DNA from: Heterodontus francisci
Lineage: Eukaryota
Assembly: GCF_036365525.1 (NCBI RefSeq)
Contig: NC_090384.1
Location: forward strand, 21,850,776-21,914,775
Reading direction: 5' to 3'
DNA: 64,000 nt
Positions within the stretch are counted from its first letter, which is position 1. The number at the start of each line of letters is the position of its first letter. Position numbers and translations under genes: made by a program. Below, piece after piece: positions 51,701 to 64,000 of the stretch. Under the pieces are notes generated by a model. The model saw nothing but the letters and a program-made list of their open reading frames with translations. It had not been told where the DNA came from and ran no database searches.

Positions 51701-53630
51701 ATTGTAGTCCTGTTGGAATGGAGTATTGTAGTCCTGTTGGAATGGAGTACTGTAGTCCTGTTGGAATGGAGTATGATATTCCATTTGGAATGGAGTATTG
51801 TAGTCCTGTAGAAATGGAGTATTGTATTCCTGTTGGAATGGAGTATTGTAGTGCTGTAGAAATGGAGTATTGTAGTCCTGTAGAAATGGAGTATTGTAGT
51901 CCTGTTGGAATGGAGTATTGTAGTCCTTTTGGAATGGAGTATTGTAGTCCTGTTGGAATGGAGTATTGTATTCCTGTTGGAATGGAGTATTGTAGTCCTT
52001 TTGGAATGGAGTATTGTCGTCCTGTTGGAATCGAGTATTGTCGTCCTGTTGGAATGGACTATTATAGTCCTTTTGGAATGGAGTATTGTAGTCCTGTTGG
52101 AATGGAGTATTATAGTCCTGTTGGAATGGAGTATTGTCGTCCTGTTGGAATGGACTATTGTTGTCCTGTTGGAATGGAGTATTGTATTCCTGTTGGAATG
52201 GAGTATTGTAGTCCTGTTGGAATGGACTATTGTAGTCCTGTTGGAATGGAGTATTGTCGTCCTGTTGGAATGGACTATTGTTGTCCTGTTGGAATGGAGT
52301 ATTGTAGTCCTGTTGGAATGGAGTATTGTAGTCCTGTTGGAATGGAGTATTGTAGTCCTGTTGGAATGGAGTATTGTGGTCCTGTTGGAATGGAGTATTG
52401 TAGTCCTGTTGGAATGGAGTATTGTAGTCCTGTTGGAATGGAGTATGATATTCCATTTGGAATGGAGTATTGTAGTCCTGTAGAAATGGAGTATTGTATT
52501 CCTGTTGGAATGGAGTATTGTAGTCCTGTAGAAATGGAGTATTGTAGTCCTGTTGGAATGGAGTATTGTAGTCCTGTTGGAATGCAGTTTTGTAGTCCTG
52601 TTGGAATGGAATATTGTATTCCTGTTGGAATGGAGTATTGTAGTCCTGTAGAAATGGAGTATTGTAGTCCTTTTGGAATGGAGTATTGTAGTCCTGTAGA
52701 AATGGAGTATTGTAGTCCTTTTGGAATGGATTATTGTGGTCCATTTGGAATGGAGTATTGTAGTCCATTTGGAATGGATTATTGTGGTCCATTTGGAATG
52801 GAGTATTGTAGTCCTGTTGGAATGGAGTATTGTAGTCCTGTTGGAATGGAGTATTGTAGTCCATTTGGAATGGAGTATTGTAGTCCTGTTGGAATGGAGT
52901 ATTGTAGTCCTGTTGGAATGGAGTCTTGTAGTCCTGTTGGAATGGAGTATTGTCGTCCTGTAGAAATGGAGTATTGTAGTCCTGTTGGAATGGAGTATTG
53001 TAGTCCATTTGGAATGGAGTATTGTGGTCCTGTTGGAATGGAGTATTGTAGTCCTGTTGCAATGAAGTATTGTAGTCCTGTTGGAATGGAGTATTGTAGT
53101 CCATTTGGAATGGAGTATTGTAGTCCTGTAGAAATGGAGTATTGTAGTCCTTTTGGAATGGAGTATTGTAGTCCTGTTGGAATGGAGTATTGTAGTCCAT
53201 TTGGAATGGAGTATTGTAGTCCTGCAGAAATGGAGTATTGTGGTCCTGTTGGAATGGAGTATTGTAGTCCTGTCGAAATGGAGTATTGTAGTCCTTTTGG
53301 AATGGAGTATTGTAGTCCTTTTGGAATGGAGTATTGTGGTCCTGTTGGAATGGAGTATTGTAGTCCTGTTGGAATGGAGTATTGTAGTCCTGTTTGAATT
53401 GAGTATTGTCGTCCTGTTGGAATGGAGTATTGTAGTCCATTTGGAATGGAGTATTGTAGTCCTTTTGGAATGGAGTATTGCAGTCCTGTTTGAATTGAGT
53501 ATTGTCGTCCTGTTGGAATGGAGTATTGTAGTCCATTTGGAATGGAGTATTGTAGTCCTTTTGGAATGGAGTATTGTAGTCCTTTTGGAATGGAGTATTG
53601 TGGTCCTGTTGGAATGGAGTATTGTAGTCC
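23830..53630 (+). repeat. ~12-kb tandem duplication (offset 11975) whose second copy is internally expanded; boundaries approximate
   Basis: Matching ORF starts: 23951/35926 (offset 11975), 28727/43966 (15239), 28727/46438 (17711), 31823/49654 (17831). Confidence 0.8.
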
Positions 53631-56600
53631 TGTTGGAATGGAGTATTGTAGTCCTGTAGAAATGGAGTATTGTAGTCCTTTTGGAATGGAGTATTGTAGT
53701 CCTTTTGGAATGGAGTATTGTGGTCCTGTTGGAATGGAGTATTGTAGTCCTGTTGGAATGGAGTATTGTAGTCCTGTTGGAATGGAGTACTGTAGTCCTG
53801 TTGGAATGGAGTATGATATTCCATTTGGAATGGAGTATTGTAGTCCTGTAGAAATGGAGTATTGTATTCCTGTTGGAATGGAGTATTGTAGTCCTGTAGA
53901 AATGGAGTATTGTAGTCCTGTTGGAATGGAGTATTGTAGTCCTGTTGAAATGCAGTTTTGTAGTCCTGTTGGAATGGAATATTGTATTCCTGTTGGAATG
54001 GAGTATTGTAGTCCTGTAGAAATGGAGTATTGTAGTCCTTTTGGAATGGAGTATTGTAGTCCTGTAGAAATGGAGTATTGTAGTCCTTTTGGAATGGAGT
54101 ATTGTAGTCCTTTTGGAATGGAGTATTGTGGTCCTGTTGGAATGGAGTATTGTGGTCCTGTTGGAATGGAGTATTGTAGTCCTGTTGGAATGGAGTATTG
54201 TAGTCCATTTGGAATGGAGTATTGTAGTCCTGTAGAAATGGAGTATTGTAGTCCTTTTGGAATGGATTATTGTGGTCCATTTGGAATGGAGTATTGTAGT
54301 CCTGTTGGAATGGAGTATTGTAGTCCTGTTGGAATGGAGTATTGTAGTCCATTTGGAATGGAGTATTGTAGTCCTGTTGGAATGGAGTATTGTAGTCCTG
54401 TTGGAATGGAGTCTTGTAGTCCTGTTGGAATGGAGTATTGTCGTCCTGTAGAAATGGAGTATTGTAGTCCTGTTGGAATGGAGTATTGTAGTCCTGTTGG
54501 AATGCAGTTTTGTCGTCCTGTTGGAATGGAATATTGTATTCCTGTTGGAATGGAGTATTGTAGTCCTGTAGAAATGGAGTATTGTACTCCCTTTGGAATG
54601 GAGTATTGTAGTCCTGTTGGAATGGAGTATTGTAGTCCTGTTGGAATGGAGTATTGCAGTCCTGTTTGAATGGAGTATTGTAGTCCTTTTGGAATGAAGT
54701 ATTGTGGTCCTGTTGGAATGGAGTATTGTAGTCCTGTTTGAATGGAGTATTGTAGTCCTTTTGGAATGAAGTATTGTGGTCCTGTTGGAATGGAGTATTG
54801 TGGTCCTGTTGGAATGGAGTATTGTAGTCCTGTTGGAATGGAGTATTGTGGTCCTGTTGGAATGGAGTATTGTAGTCCTGTTGGAATGGAGTATTGTAGT
54901 CCTTTTGGAATGGAGTATTGTCGTCCTGTTGGAATGGAGTATTGTAGTCCTTTTGGAATGGAGTATTGTAGTCCTGTAGAAATGGAGTATTGTAGTCCTT
55001 TTGGAATGGAGTATTGTAGTCCATTTGGAATGGAGTATTGTAGTCCTGTAGAAATGGAGTATTGTAGTCCTGTTGGAATGGAGTATTGTAGTCCTTTTGG
55101 AATGGAGTATTGTAGTCCTGTTGGAATGGAGTATTGTAGTCCCTTTGGAATGGAGTATTGTAGTCCTGTTGGAATGGAGTATTGTAGTCCTGTTGGAATG
55201 GAGTATTGTAGTCCTGTAGAAATGGAGTATTGTAGTCCTGTTGGAATGGAGTATTGTAGTCCTTTTGGAATGGAGTATTGTAGTCCTGTTGGAATGGAGT
55301 ATTGTAGTCCCTTTGGAATGGAGTATTGTAGTCCTGTTGGAATGGAGTATTGTAGTCCTGTTGGAATGGAGTATTGTAGTCCTGTAGAAATGGAGTATTG
55401 TTGTCCCCTTGGAATGGAGTATTGTGGTCCATTTGGAATGGAGTATTGTAGTCCTGTCGAAATGGAGTATTGTAGTCCCTTTGGAATGGAGTATTGTCGT
55501 CCTGTTGGAATGGAGTATTGTAGTCCTGTTGGAATGGAGTATTGTAGTCCTGTGGAAATGGAGAATTGTAGTCCTTTTGGAATGGAGTATTGTAGTCCTG
55601 TTGGAATGGAGTATTGTAGTCCTGTTGGAATGGAGTACTGTAGTCCTGTTGGAATGGAGTATGATATTCCATTTGGAATGGAGTATTGTAGTCCTGTAGA
55701 AATGGAGTATTGTATTCCTGTTGGAATGGAGTATTGTAGTGCTGTAGAAATGGAGTATTGTAGTCCTGTAGAAATGGAGTATTGTAGTCCTGTTGGAATG
55801 GAGTATTGTAGTCCTTTTGGAATGGAGTATTGTAGTCCTGTTGGAATGGAGTATTGTATTCCTGTTGGAATGGAGTATTGTAGTCCTTTTGGAATGGAGT
55901 ATTGTCGTCCTGTTGGAATCGAGTATTGTCGTCCTGTTGGAATGGACTATTATAGTCCTTTTGGAATGGAGTATTGTAGTCCTGTTGGAATGGAGTATTA
56001 TAGTCCTGTTGGAATGGAGTATTGTCGTCCTGTTGGAATGGACTATTGTTGTCCTGTTGGAATGGAGTATTGTATTCCTGTTGGAATGGAGTATTGTAGT
56101 CCTGTTGGAATGGACTATTGTAGTCCTGTTGGAATGGAGTATTGTCGTCCTGTTGGAATGGACTATTGTTGTCCTGTTGGAATGGAGTATTGTAGTCCTG
56201 TTGGAATGGAGTATTGTAGTCCTGTTGGAATGGAGTATTGTAGTCCTGTTGGAATGGAGTATTGTGGTCCTGTTGGAATGGAGTATTGTAGTCCTGTTGG
56301 AATGGAGTATTGTAGTCCTGTTGGAATGGAGTATGATATTCCATTTGGAATGGAGTATTGTAGTCCTGTAGAAATGGAGTATTGTATTCCTGTTGGAATG
56401 GAGTATTGTAGTCCTGTAGAAATGGAGTATTGTAGTCCTGTTGGAATGGAGTATTGTAGTCCTGTTGGAATGCAGTTTTGTAGTCCTGTTGGAATGGAAT
56501 ATTGTATTCCTGTTGGAATGGAGTATTGTAGTCCTGTAGAAATGGAGTATTGTAGTCCTTTTGGAATGGAGTATTGTAGTCCTGTAGAAATGGAGTATTG

Positions 56601-59500
56601 TAGTCCTTTTGGAATGGATTATTGTGGTCCATTTGGAATGGAGTATTGTAGTCCATTTGGAATGGATTATTGTGGTCCATTTGGAATGGAGTATTGTAGT
56701 CCTGTTGGAATGGAGTATTGTAGTCCTGTTGGAATGGAGTATTGTAGTCCATTTGGAATGGAGTATTGTAGTCCTGTTGGAATGGAGTATTGTAGTCCTG
56801 TTGGAATGGAGTCTTGTAGTCCTGTTGGAATGGAGTATTGTCGTCCTGTAGAAATGGAGTATTGTAGTCCTGTTGGAATGGAGTATTGTAGTCCATTTGG
56901 AATGGAGTATTGTGGTCCTGTTGGAATGGAGTATTGTAGTCCTGTTGCAATGAAGTATTGTAGTCCTGTTGGAATGGAGTATTGTAGTCCATTTGGAATG
57001 GAGTATTGTAGTCCTGTAGAAATGGAGTATTGTAGTCCTTTTGGAATGGAGTATTGTAGTCCTGTTGGAATGGAGTATTGTAGTCCATTTGGAATGGAGT
57101 ATTGTAGTCCTGCAGAAATGGAGTATTGTGGTCCTGTTGGAATGGAGTATTGTAGTCCTGTCGAAATGGAGTATTGTAGTCCTTTTGGAATGGAGTATTG
57201 TAGTCCTTTTGGAATGGAGTATTGTGGTCCTGTTGGAATGGAGTATTGTAGTCCTGTTGGAATGGAGTATTGTAGTCCTGTTTGAATTGAGTATTGTCGT
57301 CCTGTTGGAATGGAGTATTGTAGTCCATTTGGAATGGAGTATTGTAGTCCTTTTGGAATGGAGTATTGCAGTCCTGTTTGAATTGAGTATTGTCGTCCTG
57401 TTGGAATGGAGTATTGTAGTCCATTTGGAATGGAGTATTGTAGTCCTTTTGGAATGGAGTATTGTAGTCCTTTTGGAATGGAGTATTGTGGTCCTGTTGG
57501 AATGGAGTATTGTAGTCCTGTTGGAATGGAGTATTGTAGTCCTGTAGAAATGGAGTATTGTAGTCCTTTTGGAATGGAGTATTGTAGTCCTTTTGGAATG
57601 GAGTATTGTGGTCCTGTTGGAATGGAGTATTGTAGTCCTGTTGGAATGGAGTATTGTAGTCCTGTTGGAATGGAGTACTGTAGTCCTGTTGGAATGGAGT
57701 ATGATATTCCATTTGGAATGGAGTATTGTAGTCCTGTAGAAATGGAGTATTGTATTCCTGTTGGAATGGAGTATTGTAGTCCTGTAGAAATGGAGTATTG
57801 TAGTCCTGTTGGAATGGAGTATTGTAGTCCTGTTGAAATGCAGTTTTGTAGTCCTGTTGGAATGGAATATTGTATTCCTGTTGGAATGGAGTATTGTAGT
57901 CCTGTAGAAATGGAGTATTGTAGTCCTTTTGGAATGGAGTATTGTAGTCCTGTAGAAATGGAGTATTGTAGTCCTTTTGGAATGGAGTATTGTAGTCCTT
58001 TTGGAATGGAGTATTGTGGTCCTGTTGGAATGGAGTATTGTGGTCCTGTTGGAATGGAGTATTGTAGTCCTGTTGGAATGGAGTATTGTAGTCCATTTGG
58101 AATGGAGTATTGTAGTCCTGTAGAAATGGAGTATTGTAGTCCTTTTGGAATGGATTATTGTGGTCCATTTGGAATGGAGTATTGTAGTCCTGTTGGAATG
58201 GAGTATTGTAGTCCTGTTGGAATGGAGTATTGTAGTCCATTTGGAATGGAGTATTGTAGTCCTGTTGGAATGGAGTATTGTAGTCCTGTTGGAATGGAGT
58301 CTTGTAGTCCTGTTGGAATGGAGTATTGTCGTCCTGTAGAAATGGAGTATTGTAGTCCTGTTGGAATGGAGTATTGTAGTCCTGTTGGAATGCAGTTTTG
58401 TCGTCCTGTTGGAATGGAATATTGTATTCCTGTTGGAATGGAGTATTGTAGTCCTGTAGAAATGGAGTATTGTACTCCCTTTGGAATGGAGTATTGTAGT
58501 CCTGTTGGAATGGAGTATTGTAGTCCTGTTGGAATGGAGTATTGCAGTCCTGTTTGAATGGAGTATTGTAGTCCTTTTGGAATGAAGTATTGTGGTCCTG
58601 TTGGAATGGAGTATTGTAGTCCTGTTTGAATGGAGTATTGTAGTCCTTTTGGAATGAAGTATTGTGGTCCTGTTGGAATGGAGTATTGTGGTCCTGTTGG
58701 AATGGAGTATTGTAGTCCTGTTGGAATGGAGTATTGTGGTCCTGTTGGAATGGAGTATTGTAGTCCTGTTGGAATGGAGTATTGTAGTCCTTTTGGAATG
58801 GAGTATTGTCGTCCTGTTGGAATGGAGTATTGTAGTCCTTTTGGAATGGAGTATTGTAGTCCTGTAGAAATGGAGTATTGTAGTCCTTTTGGAATGGAGT
58901 ATTGTAGTCCATTTGGAATGGAGTATTGTAGTCCTGTAGAAATGGAGTATTGTAGTCCTGTTGGAATGGAGTATTGTAGTCCTTTTGGAATGGAGTATTG
59001 TAGTCCTGTTGGAATGGAGTATTGTAGTCCCTTTGGAATGGAGTATTGTAGTCCTGTTGGAATGGAGTATTGTAGTCCTGTTGGAATGGAGTATTGTAGT
59101 CCTGTAGAAATGGAGTATTGTAGTCCTGTTGGAATGGAGTATTGTAGTCCTTTTGGAATGGAGTATTGTAGTCCTGTTGGAATGGAGTATTGTAGTCCCT
59201 TTGGAATGGAGTATTGTAGTCCTGTTGGAATGGAGTATTGTAGTCCTGTTGGAATGGAGTATTGTAGTCCTGTAGAAATGGAGTATTGTTGTCCCCTTGG
59301 AATGGAGTATTGTGGTCCATTTGGAATGGAGTATTGTAGTCCTGTCGAAATGGAGTATTGTAGTCCCTTTGGAATGGAGTATTGTCGTCCTGTTGGAATG
59401 GAGTATTGTAGTCCTGTTGGAATGGAGTATTGTAGTCCTGTGGAAATGGAGAATTGTAGTCCTTTTGGAATGGAGTATTGTAGTCCTGTTGGAATGGAGT
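51700..59500 (+). repeat. Tandem duplication, unit 3888 bp (162 monomers); boundaries approximate
   Basis: Identical ORFs at 51905/55793, 53153/57041 and 53518/57406. The private variants ggactattatag, gttgaaatgcag and ggagaattg recur at offset 3888. Confidence 0.88.
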
Positions 59501-62500
59501 ATTGTAGTCCTGTAGAAATGGAGTATTGTCGTCCCTTTGGAATGGAGTATTGTGGTCCTGTAGAAATGGAGTATTGTAGTCCCTTTGGAATGGAGTATTG
59601 TCGTCCTGTTGGAATGGAGTATTGTAGTCCTCTTGGAATGGAGTATTGTAGTCCTTTTGGAATGGAGTATTGTAGTCCTGTTGGAATGGAGTATTGTAGT
59701 CCCTTTGGAATGGAGTATTTTAGTCCTGTAGAAATGGAGTATTGTAGTCCTGTTGGAATGGAGTATTGTAGTCCTGTTGGAATGCAGTTTTGTAGTCCTG
59801 TTGGAATGGAATATTGTATTCCTGTTGGAATGGAGTATTGTAGTCCTGTAGAAATGGAGTATTGTAGTCCCTTTGGAATGGAGTATTGTAGTCCTGTTGG
59901 AATGGAGGACTGTAGTCCCGTTGGAATGGAGTCCCGTAGTCCCGTTGGAATGGACTATTGTAGTCCTGTTGCAATGAAGTATTGTAGTCCTTTTGGAATG
60001 GAGTATTGTAGTCCTGTAGAAATGGAGTATTGTAGTCCCTTTGGAATGGAGTATTGTACTCCTGTTGGAATGGAGTATTGTAGTCCCTTTGGAATGGAGT
60101 ATTGTAGTCCCTTTGGAATGGAGTATTGTAGTCCTGTTGGAATGGAGTATTGTAGTCCTGTTGGAATGGAGTATTGTAGTCCTGTTGGAATCGAGTATTG
60201 TCGTCCTGTTGGAATGGACTATTGTAGTCCTTTTGGAATGGAGTATTGTAGTCCTGTTGGAATGGAGTATTGTATTCCTGTTGGAATGGAGTATTGTAGT
60301 CCTGTAGAAATGGAGTATTGTAGTCCTGTTGGAATGGAGTATTGTATTCCTGTTGGAATGGACTATTGTAGTCCTTTTGGAATGGAGTATTGTAGTCCTG
60401 TTGGAATGGAGTATTGTATTCCTGTTGGAATGGAGTATTGTAGTCCTGTTGGAATGGAGTATTGTAGTCCTGTTGGAATGGAGTATTGTCGTCCTGTTGG
60501 AATCGAGTATTGTCGTCCTGTTGGAATGGACTATTGTAGTCCTTTTGGAATGGAGTATTGTAGTCCTGTTGGAATGGAGTATTATAGTCCTGTTGGAATG
60601 GAGTATTGTCGTCCTGTTGGACTGGACTATTGTTGTCCTGTTGGAATGGAGTATTGTAGTCCTGTTGGAATGGAGTATTGTAGTCCTGTTGGAATGGAGT
60701 ATTGTGGTCCTGTTGGAATGGAGTATTGTAGTCCTGTTGGAATGGAGTATTGTAGTCCTGTTGGAATGGAGTATTGTAGTCCTGTAGAAATGGAGTATTG
60801 TAGTCCCCTTGGAATGGAGTATTGTGGTCCATTTGGAATGGAGTATTGTAGTCCTGTAGAAATGGAGTATTGTAGTCCCTTTGGAATGGAGTATTGTAGT
60901 CCTGTTGGAATGGAGTATTGTAGTCCTGTTGGAATGGAGTATTGTAGTCCTGTAGAAATGGAGTATTGTCGTCCCTTTGGAATGGAGTATTGTAGTCCTG
61001 TAGAAATGGAGTATTGTAGTCCTTTTGGAATGGAGTATTGTAGTCCTGTTGGAATGGAGTATTGTAGTCCTGTTGGAATGGAGTATTGTAGTCCTGTAGA
61101 AATGGAGTATTGTAGTCCTTTTGGAATGGAGTATTGTAGTCCTGTAGAAATGGAGTATTGTAGTCCTTTTGGAATGGAGTATTGTAGTCCTGTAGAAATG
61201 GAGTATTGTCATCCCTTTGGAATGGAGTATTGTAGTCCTGTAGAAATGGAGTATTGTAGTCCCTTTGGAATGGAGTATTGTAGTCCTGTAGAAATGGAGT
61301 ATTGTCGTCCTGTTGGAATGGAGTATTGTAGTCCTGTTGGAATGGAGTATTGTAGTCCCTTTGGAATGGAGTATTTTAGTCCTGTAGAAATGGAGTATTG
61401 TAGTCCTGTTGGAATGGAGTATTGTAGTCCTGTTGGAATGCAGTTTTGTAGTCCTGTTGGAATGGAATATTGTATTCCTGTTGGAATGGAGTATTGTAGT
61501 CCTGTAGAAATGGAGTATTGTAGTCCCTTTGGAATGGAGTATTGTAGTCCTGTTGGAATGGAGGACTGTAGTCCCGTTGGAATGGAGTCCCGTAGTCCCG
61601 TTGGAATGGACTATTGTCGTCCTGTTGCAATGAAGTATTGTAGTCCCTTTGGAATGGAATATTGTAGTCCTGTTGGAATGGAGTATTGTAGTCCCTTTGG
61701 AATGGAGTATTGTAGTCCCTTTGGAATGGAGTATTGTAGTCCTGTTGGAATGGAGTATTGTAGTCCTGTTGGAATGGAGTATTGTAGTCCTGTTGGAATC
61801 GAGTATTGTCGTCCTGTTGGAATGGACTATTGTAGTCCTTTTGGAATGGAGTATTGTAGTCCTGTTGGAATGGAGTATTGTAGTCCTGTTGGAATGGAGT
61901 ATTGTATTCCTGTTGGAATGGACTATTGTAGTCCTTTTGGAATGGAGTATTGTAGTCCTGTTGGAATGGAGTATTGTATTCCTGTTGGAATGGAGTATTG
62001 TAGTCCTGTTGGAATGGAGTATTGTAGTCCTGTTGGAATCGAGTATTGTCGTCCTGTTGGAATGGACTATTGTAGTCCTTTTGGAATGGAGTATTGTAGT
62101 CCCTTTGGAATGGAGTATTGTAGTCCTGTTGGAATGGAGTATTGTAGTCCTGTTGGAATGGAGTATTGTCGTCCTGTTGGAATGGACTATTGTTGTCCTG
62201 TTGGAATGGAGTATTGTAGTCCTGTTGGAATGGAGTATTGTAGTCCTGTTGGAATGGAGTATTGTAGTCCTGTTGGAATGGAGTATTGTCGTCCTGTTGG
62301 AATGGACTATTGTTGTCCTGTTGGAATGGAGTATTGTAGTCCTGTTGGAATGGAGTATTGTAGTCCTGTTGGAATGGAGTATTGTAGTCCTGTTGGAATG
62401 GAGTATTGTTGTCCTGTTGGAATGGACTATTGTTGTCCTGTTGGAATGGAGTATTGTAGTCCTGTTGGAATGGAGTATTGTAGTCCTGTTGGAATGGAGT

Positions 62501-64000
62501 ATTGTAGTCCTGTTGGAATGGAGTATTGTAGTCCTGTTGGAATGGAGTATTGTAGTCCTGTTGGAATGGAGTATTGTAGTCCTGTTGGAATCGAGTATTG
62601 TCGTCCTGTTGAAATGGAGTATTGTAGTCCTTTTGGAATGGAGTATTGTAGTCCTGTTGGAATGGAGTATTGTAGTCCTGTTGGAATGGAGTATTGTAGT
62701 CCTGTTGGAATGGAGTATTGTGGTCCTGTTGGAATGGAGTATTGTAGTCCTGTTGGAATGGAGTATTGTAGTCCTGTTGGAATGGAGTATGATATTCCAT
62801 TTGGAATGGAGTATTGTAGTCCTGTAGAAATGGAGTATTGTATTCCTGTTGGAATGGAGTATTGTAGTCCTGTAGAAATGGAGTATTGTAGTCCTGTTGG
62901 AATGGAGTATTGTAGTCCTGTTGGAATGCAGTTTTGTAGTCCTGTTGGAATGGAATATTGTATTCCTGTTGGAATGGAGTATTGTAGTCCTGTAGAAATG
63001 GAGTATTGTAGTCCTTTTGGAATGGAGTATTGTAGTCCTGTAGAAATGGAGTATTGTAGTCCTTTTGGAATGGATTATTGTGGTCCATTTGGAATGGAGT
63101 ATTGTAGTCCATTTGGAATGGATTATTGTGGTCCATTTGGAATGGAGTATTGTAGTCCTGTTGGAATGGAGTATTGTAGTCCTGTTGGAATGGAGTATTG
63201 TAGTCCATTTGGAATGGAGTATTGTAGTCCTGTTGGAATGGAGTATTGTAGTCCTGTTGGAATGGAGTCTTGTAGTCCTGTTGGAATGGAGTATTGTCGT
63301 CCTGTAGAAATGGAGTATTGTAGTCCTGTTGGAATGGAGTATTGTAGTCCATTTGGAATGGAGTATTGTGGTCCTGTTGGAATGGAGTATTGTAGTCCTG
63401 TTGCAATGAAGTATTGTAGTCCTGTTGGAATGGAGTATTGTAGTCCATTTGGAATGGAGTATTGTAGTCCTGTAGAAATGGAGTATTGTAGTCCTTTTGG
63501 AATGGAGTATTGTAGTCCTGTTGGAATGGAGTATTGTAGTCCATTTGGAATGGAGTATTGTAGTCCTGCAGAAATGGAGTATTGTGGTCCTGTTGGAATG
63601 GAGTATTGTAGTCCTGTCGAAATGGAGTATTGTAGTCCTTTTGGAATGGAGTATTGTAGTCCTTTTGGAATGGAGTATTGTGGTCCTGTTGGAATGGAGT
63701 ATTGTAGTCCTGTTGGAATGGAGTATTGTAGTCCTGTTTGAATTGAGTATTGTCGTCCTGTTGGAATGGAGTATTGTAGTCCATTTGGAATGGAGTATTG
63801 TAGTCCTTTTGGAATGGAGTATTGCAGTCCTGTTTGAATTGAGTATTGTCGTCCTGTTGGAATGGAGTATTGTAGTCCATTTGGAATGGAGTATTGTAGT
63901 CCTTTTGGAATGGAGTATTGTAGTCCTTTTGGAATGGAGTATTGTGGTCCTGTTGGAATGGAGTATTGTAGTCCTGTTGGAATGGAGTATTGTAGTCCTG

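Larger units (their letters stand above)
15110..64000 (+). repeat. 24-bp tandem satellite, right domain; continues beyond the window
   Basis: Uninterrupted head-to-tail monomers in one orientation. The only phase shifts I see are three 1-bp deletions (GGAATGAGTA at ~22371, ~23930, ~35905). Confidence 0.99.

Noticed and set aside
34948-61212. 8754-aa minus-strand ORF (TTILHSNR)n and similar giant ORFs: (QQDYNTPF)n, (MEYCSPVG)n, (LLEWSIVV)n
   Set aside because: The monomer is 24 bp and five of six consensus frames lack stops. In the TTILHSNR frame (ACT ACA ATA CTC CAT TCC AAC AGG) no codon is one substitution from a stop, so very long ORFs are expected. Variants are not enriched at synonymous sites by eye, no unique N- or C-terminal domain exists, and frameshifting monomers and a LINE interrupt the array.
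2129-64000. CRISPR-like array (24-bp, partly palindromic repeat)
   Set aside because: Repeats are directly adjacent with no unique spacers, there are no cas genes, and the flanks are vertebrate LINEs.
2129-64000. Telomere-like or G-quadruplex-forming repeat
   Set aside because: There is no TTAGGG, and the consensus has only two GG doublets per 24 bp, so canonical G4 formation is unsupported.

Overview
This window is almost entirely repetitive vertebrate DNA. The CR1 3' tail resembles shark/ray elements as I recall them, so an elasmobranch origin is likely but unverified. Bases 1-~2020 hold three decayed non-LTR retrotransposon fragments: a minus-strand CR1 ORF2/RT, a plus-strand CR1 3' end joined head-to-head to it, and a short minus-strand LINE 3' end. 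From ~2.03 kb to the window end runs one unidirectional 24-bp satellite (consensus GGAATGGAGTATTGTAGTCCTGTT, roughly 2,500 monomers). It is interrupted once, at 14086-15109, by a young 5'-truncated RTE-clade LINE with a GTCCTGT target-site duplication. I find no host protein-coding gene, RNA gene or CRISPR array, and the giant ORFs are artefacts of a monomer that is 8 codons long. I cannot support a novel gene system here. The interesting signals are inside the satellite: many recurrent monomer variants perfect an internal quasi-palindrome or an 8-bp sub-repeat, a nested history of kb-scale tandem duplications can be reconstructed, and variant sets differ on either side of the RTE insertion.
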